Positions 18,169 through 27,102 of a DNA stretch of 46,072 bases are shown here, piece after piece (position 1 is the stretch's first letter; the number at the start of each line of letters is the position of its first letter). The notes under the pieces were generated by a model. It did not search any database, was not told the origin of the DNA, and saw only the letters and a list, made by a program, of their open reading frames with translations. This stretch comes from Candidatus Methylomirabilia bacterium. Its GTDB lineage: Bacteria > Methylomirabilota > Methylomirabilia > Rokubacteriales > CSP1-6. Location: contig JBGPXN010000014.1 in assembly GCA_041492755.1 (NCBI GenBank), positions 1 to 46,072 of the forward strand, given 5' to 3'. The translations under genes and the position numbers were made by a program.

Positions 18169-20238
18169 GTGGCGTACCGGATCGGGTTCGACGTGGGCGG
18201 GACGTTCACCGACTTCGCGCTGCAGTCGCCCGCCGGGGAGCTGACCACGGGCAAGCGGCTGACGACGTACCCCGATCCGTCCGAGGCGTGCCTGGCCGGG
18301 CTCGACGAGCTGGTCGAGCGCGGAGGCATCGCCTGGAGCGACGTCGCGCAGCTCGTGCACGGCACCACCCTCGGCTCCAACATCGTCATCGAGCGCAAGG
18401 CGCGCGGCGTCGGTCTGCTCACGACCCGCGGGTTTCGCGACGTGCTCGTCATCGGCCGCGAAAAGCGGTATCAAGTCTACGACCTCCAGATCGAGAAGCC
18501 GGTGCCGCTGATCCCACGCCGCTTCATCGGCGAGGTGCACGAGCGGATCCTGGCCGACGGCTCGGTCCGTGACCCACTGGACGAGGAGGATGCGCGCCGG
18601 GCCATCCGCGAGCTGGTGGCCCGCGGTGTCCAGACCATCGCCGTGTGTCTGCTCCACGCCTATCTCAACCCGGCCCACGAGAGGCGGCTGGCCGAGCTGG
18701 TGGCGGCGGCGGCGCCGTCGGTGACGGTGACGCTGTCGCACGAGGTGTCGCCGACGTTTCGCGAGTACGAGCGGACGTCGACGACGGTGGTCAATGCCTA
18801 CGTGATGACGGCCGTGCGCTCGTACCTGCGCGCGCTCGGCGCGGCCACGGCGGCGCGCGGCTGTCGTGGCCGGCTCTTCGTCATGCAGTCCTCCGGCGGT
18901 GTCGCGACGGCGGAGGCGATGGAGCGCTACCCCGTGCGGATGATCGAGTCGGGCCCGGCCGCGGGCGCGCTCATGGCGGCGACGTACGGCGAGCTGACCG
19001 GACACCGGGACCTGATCGCGTTCGACATGGGCGGCACCACCGCCAAGCTCGCCCTCGTGGAAGGCGGCCGACCGCTCACCACGACCGGCTTCGAGCTGCA
19101 CCGCGTGCTGAACGCACCGGGCAGCGGGCTGCCGATGAACATCCAGGCCATCGATCTCGTGGAGATCGGCGCCGGTGGCGGCTCGATCGCGCGGGCCGCG
19201 CTCGGCGTCATCGCGGTGGGGCCCGAGAGCGCGTCGTCGACGCCGGGTCCGGCCTGCTACGAGCGTGGCGGCGTGGAGCCGACCGTGACCGACGCCAACC
19301 TCGTGCTCGGTTACCTCAACGCCGCGTCCTTCGCGGGCGGGACCATGCGTCTGTCGCTCGGGGCCGCCGCCCGCGCCATCGAAGAGCGGATCGCCCGGCC
19401 GCTCGGCATCGGCGTCGACGAGGCGGCGTGGGGCATCCACGCGATCGTCAACAGCAACATGGAGCTGGCCACGCGCGTGGTCTCCATCGAGCGCGGGCGC
19501 GATCCGCGCGACCTCACGCTGGTGGCCTTCGGCGGCTCGGGGCCGGTGCACGGCTGCCGGCTGGCGCGCGCCCTCGGCATCGCGCGCGTCATCCTGCCGG
19601 CGTCGGCCGGCGTGACCGCGGCCATCGGTCTGCTCGCCGCCGACGTGCGGTTCGACGTGGCCCGCACGTTCGTCGGCCGGCTCGAGGCGCTCGATCCCGC
19701 CGCGCTCGGCGCGATGTACGACGACATGGCGGCCCAGGCCCTCGCGGTCGTGCGCCAGTCTGCGGTCGGCGGCGACGTGCGGCTGGTCCGCGAGCTGGAC
19801 GCGCGCTACGTCGGTCAGGGCTACGAGCTCACGGTGCCCGTTCCGTCGGGTCCGCTGGACGCGGCCGTGATGGCGCGCGTGCGCGCAACCTTCGACGAGG
19901 TCTATGCCGCGCGCTACGGCTACGCGAGCCCGGCGGAGCCGGTCGAGGCGGTGACGTGGAAGCTCGCCGCCATCGGCGGCGCGCCGCGGATGGCGCTCGC
20001 CAAGGCCGCTCCCGCGCCCGGGGTGGAAGCGCGCAAGGCGATGCGGCGGGCGTACTTTCCCGAGACGCACGGCTACGCCGAGACTCCCATTTACGATCGG
20101 TACTCGCTCGCACCCGGCCAATCGCTCACCGGGCCGGCGATCGTGGAGGAGCGCGAGTCGACGACGGTGCTGCCGCCCGGCGTCGTCGGCGAGGTCGACG
20201 AGTACGCGAACTTGATCGTAGCGGTGGGCCCGTCGTGA
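18169..20238 (+). CDS. Hydantoinase A / 5-oxoprolinase family ATP-binding subunit
   Basis: Motifs DVGGTFTD, HGTT, EYER, SGPAAG, DMGGTT, GAGGGS and PTVTDA. Confidence 0.93.
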   Translation: MAYRIGFDVGGTFTDFALQSPAGELTTGKRLTTYPDPSEACLAGLDELVERGGIAWSDVAQLVHGTTLGSNIVIERKARGVGLLTTRGFRDVLVIGREKRYQVYDLQIEKPVPLIPRRFIGEVHERILADGSVRDPLDEEDARRAIRELVARGVQTIAVCLLHAYLNPAHERRLAELVAAAAPSVTVTLSHEVSPTFREYERTSTTVVNAYVMTAVRSYLRALGAATAARGCRGRLFVMQSSGGVATAEAMERYPVRMIESGPAAGALMAATYGELTGHRDLIAFDMGGTTAKLALVEGGRPLTTTGFELHRVLNAPGSGLPMNIQAIDLVEIGAGGGSIARAALGVIAVGPESASSTPGPACYERGGVEPTVTDANLVLGYLNAASFAGGTMRLSLGAAARAIEERIARPLGIGVDEAAWGIHAIVNSNMELATRVVSIERGRDPRDLTLVAFGGSGPVHGCRLARALGIARVILPASAGVTAAIGLLAADVRFDVARTFVGRLEALDPAALGAMYDDMAAQALAVVRQSAVGGDVRLVRELDARYVGQGYELTVPVPSGPLDAAVMARVRATFDEVYAARYGYASPAEPVEAVTWKLAAIGGAPRMALAKAAPAPGVEARKAMRRAYFPETHGYAETPIYDRYSLAPGQSLTGPAIVEERESTTVLPPGVVGEVDEYANLIVAVGPS

Positions 20239-20277
20239 CAGGCCGCCGCGTGGTCTCGCGGCCGGGCGGGTGACCGC

Positions 20278-22011
20278 ATGAGCGGCGTCGATCCGATCAC
20301 GCTCGGCGTCGTGTGGGGCGCGCTCCAGTCGATCGCCCTCGAGATCGGCACGACCGTCCACCGCACCGCGTACTCCGAGCAGGCGCGCGAGGGCCAGGAT
20401 TTTTCGGTCGCCGTGTTCGATCGCCACGGCCGCATGGTCGCGCAGGGGCCGTACTCGCCCGGCCACATGGGGGCGATGTCGTTCGCGGTGCGCAACGCCC
20501 TGGCCGCCCACCCGGTCGAGACGTTGCGTCCCGGTGACGGCATCCTCCTGAACGATCCGCTCCTCGGGTCGGGCCATCTCCCGGACTTCTTCATCACCCA
20601 GCCCGTGTTCCACGAGGACGTCCTCGTCGGATTCGTGGTCAACATCGTCCACCACACGGACGTGGGCGGCCAGCGGCCGGGCAGCCAGGGCGTGGTCGGC
20701 ATCTTCGACTACTTCCAGGAAGGTTTGCGGGTGCCGCCGACGAAGGTCTGGCGCGAGTACCGTGAGGACGCGGGCGTGCTTGGCATCATCGCGGCCAACA
20801 CGCGCACCCCCGATCGCGTGCTCGGCGACCTGCGCGCCCAGCGCAGCGCGCTGCGCGTGGGCGAGCTCCGGTTGATGGAGCTGGTCGAGCGTTACGGACG
20901 GGACACGGTGTTCGCCGCGATGGAGGAGATCCTCGCCCGGACCGAGACGAGCATGCGCACCGCCATTCGCGCGCTGCCCGACGGCGTCTATTCGTTCGAA
21001 GACTTCATGGACGACTGGGGGCCGGGGACGGAACCATTGCGTGTCCGCGTGACCGTCACCGTGCGTGGCCAGGGCGTGGACATCGACTACGAGGGATCGA
21101 GCCCGCAGACGGCGTCCGGCCTCAACTCCTACATCAACTACACGCGATCGTACTCGTACGCCGCCGTGAAGTGCCTCACCGATCCGCTGGGACCGATGAA
21201 CGACGGCGCGCTGCGTCCTGTCTCGGTGCGCGCGCCCGAGGGCTCGTTCCTGAACCCGCGCCCGCCCGCGGGCGGGGGGCCGCGGGCGGTGATCTGTTAC
21301 CGGATCTTCGAGGCGGTGATCGGCGCGCTCGCGGCCGCCGTCCCGGAGCGCGTGGCGGCCGCCGCCTCCCACATGGCCAACCCGACGTTCGGGGGATGGG
21401 ATCGCGCGAAGAGCCGGCGGTTCGTCGCCTACGAGCTCGTGCTCTCGGGTACCGGCGCGCGCGCCGGCAAGGACGGCTGCGAGGGGATGGCGTGGGCGTT
21501 CAACGCGTCGAACATCCCGGTGGAGGTGCAGGAGGCGCGGCACCCGATCGTGGTGGAGCGCTTCGAGCTGATGCGCGACTCCGCGGGGCCCGGACGGTTC
21601 CGCGGCGGCTGCGGGCTCCGGCGTGACCTGCGCTTCCTTGCCGACGACGGCAAGCTGACCAACCTCTCCGAACGCCACCGCTTCGCGCCCTGGGGGCTGT
21701 TCGGTGGCGGCGCCGGCCGGCTCGCGCGCACCGTGCTCAACCCGGGGACGGACGAGCAGGTGGTGCACGCGAAGGAGTCGCGCGAGTTCAGGTACGGGGA
21801 CGTGATCTCGTTCCAGCAGTCGGGGGCCGGGGGCTACGGCGACCCGCTGGAACGCGACCCGACGCGGGTGCTGGAGGACGTGCTCGACGACTACGTCACG
21901 GTGGAGGCGGCGCGCGAGCACTACGGCGTCGTGATCACGGGCGCCGATCCCGATCTCCGCGTGGATGAGGCGGCGACCGTGGCGCTGCGGGCAAACCGGA
22001 GGCGGAGGTGA
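20278..22011 (+). CDS. Hydantoinase B / 5-oxoprolinase family metal-binding subunit
   Basis: RE..DFS, NDP..G.GHLPD, HHTDVGG, QEGL, DSAGPGRFRGG and GAGGYGDP. Confidence 0.93.
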   Translation: MSGVDPITLGVVWGALQSIALEIGTTVHRTAYSEQAREGQDFSVAVFDRHGRMVAQGPYSPGHMGAMSFAVRNALAAHPVETLRPGDGILLNDPLLGSGHLPDFFITQPVFHEDVLVGFVVNIVHHTDVGGQRPGSQGVVGIFDYFQEGLRVPPTKVWREYREDAGVLGIIAANTRTPDRVLGDLRAQRSALRVGELRLMELVERYGRDTVFAAMEEILARTETSMRTAIRALPDGVYSFEDFMDDWGPGTEPLRVRVTVTVRGQGVDIDYEGSSPQTASGLNSYINYTRSYSYAAVKCLTDPLGPMNDGALRPVSVRAPEGSFLNPRPPAGGGPRAVICYRIFEAVIGALAAAVPERVAAAASHMANPTFGGWDRAKSRRFVAYELVLSGTGARAGKDGCEGMAWAFNASNIPVEVQEARHPIVVERFELMRDSAGPGRFRGGCGLRRDLRFLADDGKLTNLSERHRFAPWGLFGGGAGRLARTVLNPGTDEQVVHAKESREFRYGDVISFQQSGAGGYGDPLERDPTRVLEDVLDDYVTVEAAREHYGVVITGADPDLRVDEAATVALRANRRRR

Positions 22012-22090
22012 TGCGGGGGGGCCGGGCGGACGTGGCGGCAGGGTCGAGATGGCGGCTTCGGGTGGACATGGCTCGGGCCGAGGTCAGCGG

Positions 22091-23251
22091 ATGATCCGGT
22101 TCACCGGGGAGCAGGAGGAGTTCCGCCGTGCGGTCGGACGATGGGTGGATGCCGAGGTCGTGCCGGCCGCTGCCGATCTCGACGAGCGGGCGGAGTTCCC
22201 CACGAAGCTCTTCCGCCGGATCGGCGAGCTCGGCTACTTCGGTCTCCGGTATCCCGAAGCGTACGGCGGGGCGAACGCCGACATGGTGACCTACTGCCTG
22301 TTTGCCGAGGAGCTGGCCCGCGGTTCGATGTCGCTGGCGGCGGCGGCGGCGATGCAGTCGCTGATGGGAACGTACTTCGTCTACAAGTACGGCTCCGACG
22401 ACCTCCGCCACCGCTATCTCGTGCCGGCGCTCCGCGGCGAACTGGTGGCCACCTTCGCGCTCACCGAGCCCAACGCCGGCTCGGACGTGGCGAACATCGT
22501 GACGCGTGCCGAGCGGCGGGGCGATCGCTGGGTACTCACCGGCATGAAGACATGGGTCACCAACGCGCCGGTCGCCGACGTGTTGACCGTCGCCGCCAAG
22601 ACGTCGGCCGAGCGCGGGATGAAAAACATCGCGCTCTTTCTTGTCGACCGCGCGACGATGCCGGGAGTGACGCTCGGCAAGAAGATCGAGAAGATGTCGG
22701 TGCGCGCCTCCGAGACCGGCGAGATCCGGCTCGACGACGTCGAGGTGCCGGGTGAACATCTGCTCGGCGGGGAGACCGGCGGCGTGGAGAAGATCGGAAC
22801 CATCCTGTCCGAGATCCGGGTCATGACGGCGGCGCTGTCGGTCGGGCTGGCGCGCGCGGCGTACGAGGCGGCGCTCGGCTACGCGCGCGAGCGGCAGGCG
22901 TTCGGCAAGGCGATCGTCGAGCACCAGGCCATCGGCTTCAAGCTGGCCGACATGCTGACGTCGCTTCACGCGGCCACGCTGATGACCTACCAGGCCGCGG
23001 CCGGCATCGACGCGGGACGACCGATGGCCCGCGAGGCGGCCATGACGAAGCTCTTCGCGTCGGAGATGGCGGTGCGACTCACCGACGACGCGGCGCGAAT
23101 CTTCGCGTCCTATGGCCTGGCCACCGAGTACCCGGTGCAACGCTACTTCCGCGACGCACGCTTCCTGCTCCCGGGCGGCGGCACCTCGGAGATCCTGCGT
23201 CTGGTCATCGGGCGCGATCTCGACTGGGACCGCGGCCAGGTGCTGTCGTGA
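22091..23251 (+). CDS. Acyl-CoA dehydrogenase (atypical catalytic-base pattern)
   Basis: FALTEPNAGSD, KTWVTNA, RQAFGKAI, YFRDAR and C-terminal GGGTSEI. Confidence 0.93.
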   Translation: MIRFTGEQEEFRRAVGRWVDAEVVPAAADLDERAEFPTKLFRRIGELGYFGLRYPEAYGGANADMVTYCLFAEELARGSMSLAAAAAMQSLMGTYFVYKYGSDDLRHRYLVPALRGELVATFALTEPNAGSDVANIVTRAERRGDRWVLTGMKTWVTNAPVADVLTVAAKTSAERGMKNIALFLVDRATMPGVTLGKKIEKMSVRASETGEIRLDDVEVPGEHLLGGETGGVEKIGTILSEIRVMTAALSVGLARAAYEAALGYARERQAFGKAIVEHQAIGFKLADMLTSLHAATLMTYQAAAGIDAGRPMAREAAMTKLFASEMAVRLTDDAARIFASYGLATEYPVQRYFRDARFLLPGGGTSEILRLVIGRDLDWDRGQVLS

Positions 23252-23542
23252 GCGCCGAGATGGGATACTCCTTACCAGCGTGGAGATGAGAGATGAAGTG
23301 TCCGCCGCATCGAGCAAATGTTGCGAGAGTCGCGCGATCCTGACCGGACAGCACCCGTATACGAATACGTCTCCTGAGATGCGCGACTCTTTACACCGAA
23401 CGCGGTTGAGGAGCTTGGCCGAGTTGATCTCGGCACAGGGCGCCGCGGTGCCGACCGAGTGGACGTTCGTGACGGACCTCGACGCGTTTTGTCGCGGACT
23501 GGAGCGCAAAGGGGACGGGCAAGAGCGCGGGGAAACGGCCGG

Positions 23543-24706
23543 ATGAGAAGGGTGGCGCTCGTCGGTGCCGGGGTGACGAAGTTCGGGGTGCGCAAGGCGA
23601 CGTACCGCGACCTCATCTGGGAGGCGGGCAAGGCGTGCTTCGACTCCGTGCCCGGCCTGCGCCCGCGCGACGTCGAGGGCCTCGTGGTCGGCTCCGTGAT
23701 GCCGGAACGGACGGCGTTCCAGAGTCACATTTCCTCGCTGGCGGCCGAGGCGCTCGGCATCAAGCCCAGCGCGCTCTCCGCGCGCACCGAGCACATGTGC
23801 GCGTCGGGCACGGTGGGCATCCGGTACGCCTATGCGTTCATCGCGGCCGGGCTCGCCGATCTCGTGATGGTGCTGGGCGTCGAGAAGCTGAATCAGCCCT
23901 CGACCGACGAGGCGATCCTCAACATGGGCACGGGCGTGGATCGCGAGTGGGAGGCCGCGTTCGGGCTCACGGCGCCGCCGTGCTTCGCGCTCGCCGCCCA
24001 GCGACACATGCTCGAGTACGGAACGACCGAGGAGCAGATGGCGCTGGTCGGCGTCAAGAACCACACCCACGCGACCCGGAATCCGAACGCGCACTTCCAG
24101 AAGGGCGCCAGCCTCGATCAGGTGCTGTGCTCGCGCATGATCGCGAGCCCGCTGCGGCTCTTCATGTGCTCGCCGATCACCGACGGCGCGGCCGCCGTCC
24201 TGGTGGCCAGCGAGGAGCGGGCGCGCGCGCTCACCGACAAGCCCGTCTGGATCCGGGGCACGGGCCAGGCGCTGGACGGCTTCATGCTGTCGTCGCTGCC
24301 CGAGGACTATGCCCGCTGGCCGGCCCTCGGGCGCGCCGCCGAGTCGGCCTATCGCATGGCCGGCATCACCGCGCGCGACGTCGACGTTGCCGAGGTGCAC
24401 GACTGCTTCGCCATCGCCGAGCTGATTGCCTACGAAGAGCTCGGCTTCTGCGCGAAGGGCGACGCCGGGCCGTTCGCGGCGGCGGGGCGGAGCGACTATG
24501 GCGGGGACGTGGTGGTGAATCCGCGGGGCGGGCTCATCGGCTGCGGCCATCCGCTCGGCGCGACCGGTGTCGCCCAGGCCGCCGAAGTGTTCGTTCAGCT
24601 CCGCGACGAGGCCGGCGCCCGCCAGGTTCCCAACGCGGCGACGGCTCTCACCCACAACAACAGCGGGATGGGCGAGCACGTCGTGATGATCTATGGCCGC
24701 GACTGA
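23543..24706 (+). CDS. SCP2-type (HDCF) thiolase family protein
   Basis: EHMCASG (nucleophile Cys), CSPITDGA, EVHDCF and GHPLGATG. No C-terminal CxG. Confidence 0.9.
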   Translation: MRRVALVGAGVTKFGVRKATYRDLIWEAGKACFDSVPGLRPRDVEGLVVGSVMPERTAFQSHISSLAAEALGIKPSALSARTEHMCASGTVGIRYAYAFIAAGLADLVMVLGVEKLNQPSTDEAILNMGTGVDREWEAAFGLTAPPCFALAAQRHMLEYGTTEEQMALVGVKNHTHATRNPNAHFQKGASLDQVLCSRMIASPLRLFMCSPITDGAAAVLVASEERARALTDKPVWIRGTGQALDGFMLSSLPEDYARWPALGRAAESAYRMAGITARDVDVAEVHDCFAIAELIAYEELGFCAKGDAGPFAAAGRSDYGGDVVVNPRGGLIGCGHPLGATGVAQAAEVFVQLRDEAGARQVPNAATALTHNNSGMGEHVVMIYGRD

Positions 24707-24755
24707 TTGTCGAGCCGCATGCCCGCCGCGCGGGTCCGTCGGTCTGGACTGACGC

Positions 24756-25799
24756 ATGAGCGGCCGCGTTGCCGTCATCGGGCCGGGACGGATCGGACGT
24801 CAGATCGCCCTCGCCTTCGCGCTCGGTGGCTGTGAGGTTCTGCTCGTCGACATCAAGGCGCGCCCGGAGCGCGACGCACACGTCGCGCTCGCCGATGCGC
24901 GGCGTGAGATCGCCCGCGACCTGGCCCTCATGGCGGAAGAACGCGTCATCGCCGAGGGCGATGCGGCGGCGGCGCTGCGACGAATCGAGGACCGGGTCGG
25001 GCTCGGTGACCTCACCGACTACGGCTTCATCCAGGAGGCGCTGCCGGAATCGGCCGGGCTCAAGCGTCAGCTGTTCAAGGACCTGGCCGACGCGGCGGCG
25101 CCCGACGCCATCGTCGCCTCGACGTCCTCGACGATCTCGCCGTCGGACCTCATGGACGCCGTCGATCGACCGGAGCGCTTCCTCGTCGCCCACTGGCTCA
25201 ACCCCGCGCACGTCATTCCGCTGGTGGAGGTCGTGCCCAGCCCGCGCACGGCGCCCGCGACGGTGACGCGCACGCTCGCGCTGCTCGAGCGGCTCGGCAA
25301 GGTGCCCGTCCGCTGCGGCGACTCGCCGGGATTCATCGGCCCCCGCCTGCAGGTGCTGTTGATGAACGAAGCGGTGCGCCTGGTGGAGGAGGGGGTGGCG
25401 ACGCCGGAGGACGTCGACAAGGCCTTCCGCGCCGGCATGGGATTTCGCTACGCCTCGGTCGGAATCTTCGAGTTCATCGACTGGGGCGGCGTCGACGTCC
25501 TCTACCGTGCCAGTTGCTACATGGCGGAGGCGACGAACGACGCGCGGTTCGCGCCGGCCGCGCTGGTGACGGCGAAGATGCGTGCCAACGAGCTCGGGCC
25601 GAAGACCGGTCGCGGCTTCTTCGATTACGCCGGCGAGCGGCGCGAGACGTTCGAGACGGCCAAGCTCCGGGCGTTGCTGCGACAGGTCAAGCGTGAGCGC
25701 GAAGCGACAACCCGGGAGAGCGCGTCGTCCGGCGAGCGGGCCTCGCCGCGGGAGAGCGGCTCGGCGCGAGACGGCGCGTCGTTGCCGGAGAGCGTATGA
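24756..25799 (+). CDS. 3-hydroxyacyl-CoA dehydrogenase family protein
   Basis: GPGRIG, ASTSS, HWLNP...LVE catalytic dyad, PGFIGPR and LGPKTGRGFF. Confidence 0.88.
   Translation: MSGRVAVIGPGRIGRQIALAFALGGCEVLLVDIKARPERDAHVALADARREIARDLALMAEERVIAEGDAAAALRRIEDRVGLGDLTDYGFIQEALPESAGLKRQLFKDLADAAAPDAIVASTSSTISPSDLMDAVDRPERFLVAHWLNPAHVIPLVEVVPSPRTAPATVTRTLALLERLGKVPVRCGDSPGFIGPRLQVLLMNEAVRLVEEGVATPEDVDKAFRAGMGFRYASVGIFEFIDWGGVDVLYRASCYMAEATNDARFAPAALVTAKMRANELGPKTGRGFFDYAGERRETFETAKLRALLRQVKREREATTRESASSGERASPRESGSARDGASLPESV
25713..25799 (+). repeat. Imperfect 18-bp (6-codon) tandem repeat, about 5 units, in the dehydrogenase 3' end
   Basis: cgggagagcgcgtcgtcc / ggcgagcgggcctcgccg / cgggagagcggctcggcg / cgagacggcgcgtcgttg / ccggagagcgtatga, translating as RESASS GERASP RESGSA RDGASL PESV. 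Confidence 0.65.
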
Positions 25800-26227
25800 C
25801 GACGTACTTCCGCGCCGTCGACCCGTTCCCGCTCGAGTCCCCCGACGACAACAAGCTGGCGGAGTTCTACGCGCGCCTGGGCGCCGGGCGCCTGGCCACC
25901 ACCCGGTGCGCCGGCTGCGGCCACACCGCGTGGCCACCCCGCGGATTCTGCGCCGAGTGTGGCGCCGACCGGATCGAATGGGTCGATCTGCCGGACGAAG
26001 GCACCGTGCACGCGTTCACGGTGCAGGAGGCCGGCTTGCCGGCCGGCTTCGACGGCCCCCGCGTGTTCGCGATCGTCAAAGTGGAGGGCCACCGCATCTT
26101 CTCGATCGTGCGCGATGCCGATCCCGCGTTGCTGCGCATCGGCCAGCGCGTCCGCCTCAGTCCGATGAGGGTCGCCGACGACGCCAAGGGCGGCGCCCGC
26201 TGGCTGCCGGCCTTCACGGTGAGCTGA
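25796..26227 (+). CDS. DUF35 Zn-ribbon/OB-fold protein (thiolase partner)
   Basis: CxxCG..WPPR..CxxCG, then EGTVHAFTV and IGQRV OB-fold strands. Confidence 0.9.
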   Translation: MTTYFRAVDPFPLESPDDNKLAEFYARLGAGRLATTRCAGCGHTAWPPRGFCAECGADRIEWVDLPDEGTVHAFTVQEAGLPAGFDGPRVFAIVKVEGHRIFSIVRDADPALLRIGQRVRLSPMRVADDAKGGARWLPAFTVS

Positions 26228-26233
26228 GGGACG

Positions 26234-26704
26234 ATGCGTTACGACGTCGGCGTGATCTCCGACACGCACGGGCTGCTCCGACCGGAGGCGGTCGCCGCGC
26301 TCGTCGGCGTGCGCCGGATCGTCCACGCCGGTGACATCGGCTCCGCGGACGTGCTCGCCGCGCTCGCCGGCATCGCGCCCGTCACCGCCGTCCGCGGCAA
26401 CAACGATCGAGGCGCGTGGGCGACCCCGATTCCGGAAACGGACGTGCTCGACCTCGGCGCGGCGAAGCTCTACGTCATCCACGACGTGAACGACCTGGCC
26501 GTCGACCCCCGCGCCGCGGGCTTCGCGGCCGTGATCTCCGGCCACAGTCACCGGCCACGCCAGGAAGACAGGCTCGGCGTCCTCTACTTCAACCCGGGCA
26601 GCGCCGGGCCGCGTCGCTTCAAGCTGCCGATCTCCCTCGGCCGGCTGCGCATCGAAGACGGGCGCGTCACGGGCACCCTGGTGACGCTCGAGGTCGCCGC
26701 GTGA
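26234..26704 (+). CDS. Metallophosphoesterase (YfcE/Vps29-like)
   Basis: Motifs SDTH, HAGD, VRGNND, GHSH and NPGS. Confidence 0.9.
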   Translation: MRYDVGVISDTHGLLRPEAVAALVGVRRIVHAGDIGSADVLAALAGIAPVTAVRGNNDRGAWATPIPETDVLDLGAAKLYVIHDVNDLAVDPRAAGFAAVISGHSHRPRQEDRLGVLYFNPGSAGPRRFKLPISLGRLRIEDGRVTGTLVTLEVAA

Positions 26705-27075
26705 AGGTGCTGATCGCCAAGCCCGGGCTCGACGGCCACGATCGCGGGGCGAAGGTCGTCGCGCAGGCGTTGCGCGACGCCGGCATGGAGGTCGTCTACT
26801 CGGGACTCAAGCGCACGCCGGACGAGATCGTGGAGACGGCGCTCCAGGAGGACGTGGACGTCATCGGGCTGAGCGTGCTCTCCGGCGCCCACCTGCCGCT
26901 GACCCGTCGCGTGATCGATGGGCTGCGCGCCAGGGGCGCCGACAGCATCGCCGTCGTCGTCGGTGGCATCATTCCCGCGCGCGACGTTCCCGAGCTGAAG
27001 GCGCTCGGGGTGCGGGAGGTCTTCGCCGTGGGCACGCCGCTGGCGGACATCGTGAAGGCGTTCAAGGACCGTTAG
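26701..27075 (+). CDS. Cobalamin-binding small subunit of an acyl-CoA mutase
   Basis: [10 protein letters not shown] (DxHxxG), GLSVLSGAH and VVGGII. The GTG overlaps the upstream stop. Confidence 0.93.
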   Translation: MKVLIAKPGLDGHDRGAKVVAQALRDAGMEVVYSGLKRTPDEIVETALQEDVDVIGLSVLSGAHLPLTRRVIDGLRARGADSIAVVVGGIIPARDVPELKALGVREVFAVGTPLADIVKAFKDR

Positions 27076-27102
27076 GCTTCCGAGACCGGGAGGGAGGAGA
27101 GC

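Noticed and set aside
18025..21921. Very long antisense ORFs (also 6501..9758, 21935..24778, 26584..28854, 38859..41069, and 3707..5719 on the plus strand)
   Set aside because: Shadow frames of high-GC genes: Arg/Ala/Gly-rich, no family motifs, and fully overlapping well-supported genes on the opposite strand.
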